From an uncultured archaeon (GTDB lineage: Archaea > Thermoproteota > Nitrososphaeria > Nitrososphaerales > Gagatemarchaeaceae): 64,000 nt of DNA. This document shows positions 62,462-64,000 of this stretch, piece by piece (the stretch's first letter is position 1; each line of letters opens with the position of its first letter). Below the pieces are notes generated by a model. The model had not been told where the DNA came from. It did no database searches and saw only the letters and a list, made by a program, of their open reading frames with translations. The stretch lies in contig CAWCYD010000003.1 of assembly GCA_963799775.1 (NCBI GenBank), forward strand, positions 736,001-800,000, read 5' to 3'. Made by a program: the position numbers and the translations under genes.

Positions 62462-62980
62462 TTGAGGTTTCTCGGCGTGGATTCTCCGGACATCGAGTAC
62501 GAGCAGGAGCCCTCCATCGAGAAAGGGAAGGACACCGGAAGGCCTTGGTTCAGGATCCTGGTGGTCGTCGTTCTCGCGGGCGTGATCATAGGATACGCGG
62601 TGTCGGCGAGCTACACGAAGTACCCGTACACCGTGAACGTGAGCGGGACCATAACGTCCCCAGACGGCTCGAGGGTGACGATCGTAGGGTTCGTAGAGTG
62701 CAACGGCTGGACATATCCGAACCAATGCCCGGACCCCGGACAGACGCCGGTGTACGGCTGCGAAGCACCTCCCCAGATGAACCTGACGCTGAACTGCAGC
62801 GACTACGTGTTCGACAACACGCCTGGTCACTACCACGTGTCGCTCAGGAACGGCGAGAACTACGCGATGTCGGCGTACCTGCAGTTCCCGAACACGACGT
62901 TCGACAAGGTCTGCGTCTTCACGGTCACTCTGACGCCAGACACGAGCTCGCGCAACGTGACTCAGAGCTTTACCTGCTAG
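62462..62980 (+). CDS. Single-TM exported Cys-rich hypothetical protein
   Basis: TM helix followed by Thr/Tyr/Cys-rich beta domain. Confidence 0.7.
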   Translation: MRFLGVDSPDIEYEQEPSIEKGKDTGRPWFRILVVVVLAGVIIGYAVSASYTKYPYTVNVSGTITSPDGSRVTIVGFVECNGWTYPNQCPDPGQTPVYGCEAPPQMNLTLNCSDYVFDNTPGHYHVSLRNGENYAMSAYLQFPNTTFDKVCVFTVTLTPDTSSRNVTQSFTC

Positions 62981-62990
62981 CGGACCTCTG

Positions 62991-63560
62991 CTACTTTTCC
63001 AGCATCCTGGAGAACGTCCAGGACGTGGTGTTCAATATCTCGCTCAGCCTCTCCTTCTCCCGGTAGTTCTCGATCACGAGGGCCGTTATCTTCCCGCCCT
63101 TCTCGGAGAGGCTGTAGCTCATCTCGTTACCCTTCGGCAGTCGGCCCTTCGCCACAGCTTCCTCGTCGTTGGACTTCATGCCGGCGAGGATCTTCCCCAG
63201 GAGGAACGACTTGAACGGCGGGGTGTCCGCCTTAAGGGTCACGTCGGGGACGGGCTCTATCTTCACTTTCTTGCTCGTCACTTGCGCGACAGCGATCGTG
63301 TCTCCGCCCCTGTCCCTCTTCAGCTGGCGGATCTCGGGGATGGCCTCCGGTTCCGCCTCCTCCGCCTCCCCGCGCGCGGAGCGCGGGCCGCTAGCAGCGA
63401 GCTCGGCGGCAGGCCTGAAGCTGGAGGCGCGGAGGACAGAATCGATCACCGCAAGGGCCTCCTTGAGCCTGTCCATCTCCTCTTGGAGCTCTGCTATCCT
63501 CGTCTCCATCCACAGCTTCAGCTCAGCGTTGCGCCTGAGCTGGTCGTCGCTGGCCGCCAT
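62991..63560 (-). CDS. Conserved archaeal hypothetical protein (coiled-coil N-terminus)
   Basis: SFRPAAEL, PPF.SFL, W...RM.EK; TTTAAG upstream. Confidence 0.75.
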   Translation of the reverse strand: MAASDDQLRRNAELKLWMETRIAELQEEMDRLKEALAVIDSVLRASSFRPAAELAASGPRSARGEAEEAEPEAIPEIRQLKRDRGGDTIAVAQVTSKKVKIEPVPDVTLKADTPPFKSFLLGKILAGMKSNDEEAVAKGRLPKGNEMSYSLSEKGGKITALVIENYREKERLSEILNTTSWTFSRMLEK

Positions 63561-63741
63561 CGAACGCCGGCGAGATGGGCAGGGCTTAAAAGTTTGGGCC
63601 GATTTCCCCGCCTTTGAGAGCCGGGAGCCTTGAGCGGGCTTCTCCCCCACACATGCACGAACGCGGAAAAAATCGCCCTTTCGATGAATCTTGCTGGCTC
63701 AAGGCTTTAAGGCCACAACCTCGGGGCCTTCACCAAATCCA

Positions 63742-64000
63742 TTGCAATCTAGGATCGGCACTCGACGGCTCGCCACTATCGCCGTCTTCGCCGCGATCTA
63801 CGCCATCCTGAGTCTCGTCCCGGTCTCAAGGCTCGTCGCAAATGTCAGCTTCCTGACCCTTGCCGAGGTGTTCAGCCCCCTCGCGGGGATGGCCCTCGGG
63901 CCTCTCGAGGGCGGCCTGGCGGTGTTCGTGGGCACGTTCGTCGGGATAGCGCTCGGTCACCCCGTCGGCTTTGATGGGTTGGATTTCATCCCCGGAGTGG
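63742..64000 (+). CDS. ECF transporter S-component-like membrane protein (partial)
   Basis: LATIAVFAAIYAILS..PLAGMALGPLEGG; CTTTAAG TATA-like near 63705. Confidence 0.65.
   Translation, partial: MQSRIGTRRLATIAVFAAIYAILSLVPVSRLVANVSFLTLAEVFSPLAGMALGPLEGGLAVFVGTFVGIALGHPVGFDGLDFIPGV

Overview
GC-rich archaeal chromosomal window. Markers are an archaeal histone, rpS17e, a TFB paralog, deoxyhypusine synthase, Cgi121 and intron-containing tRNAs. The gene content best fits an aerobic heterotrophic, non-ammonia-oxidising Nitrososphaerota-like lineage (inference). Most genes are housekeeping: ileS, cysS, argS, tRNA-modification genes, glycolysis (tpiA, PPi-type pfk, class I aldolase), gdhA, H+-PPase, amt, peptidases and a heme-copper oxidase operon with cupredoxins. 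Many genes, including essential ones, carry single-base indels, most likely long-read consensus errors. Accessory elements are a solo IS200/IS605 tnpB, a free-standing LAGLIDADG endonuclease beside tRNA-Cys, a type IV pilus locus with a HerA/VirB4-like ATPase next to a TFB paralog, and a ~2.5 kb islet bounded by tRNA-Gln 3'-end repeats. Best novelty candidates: (1) a ParA ATPase paired with a disordered partner ending in a MinD-like membrane-targeting helix; (2) a tRNA-Gln(UUG)-like gene broken by several hairpin insertions, including in the T- and acceptor stems, whose loops resemble an insertion in the tRNA-Arg D-loop; (3) a 20-nt-period mini-array of the tnpB right-end motif whose first guide matches the element's own upstream flank.
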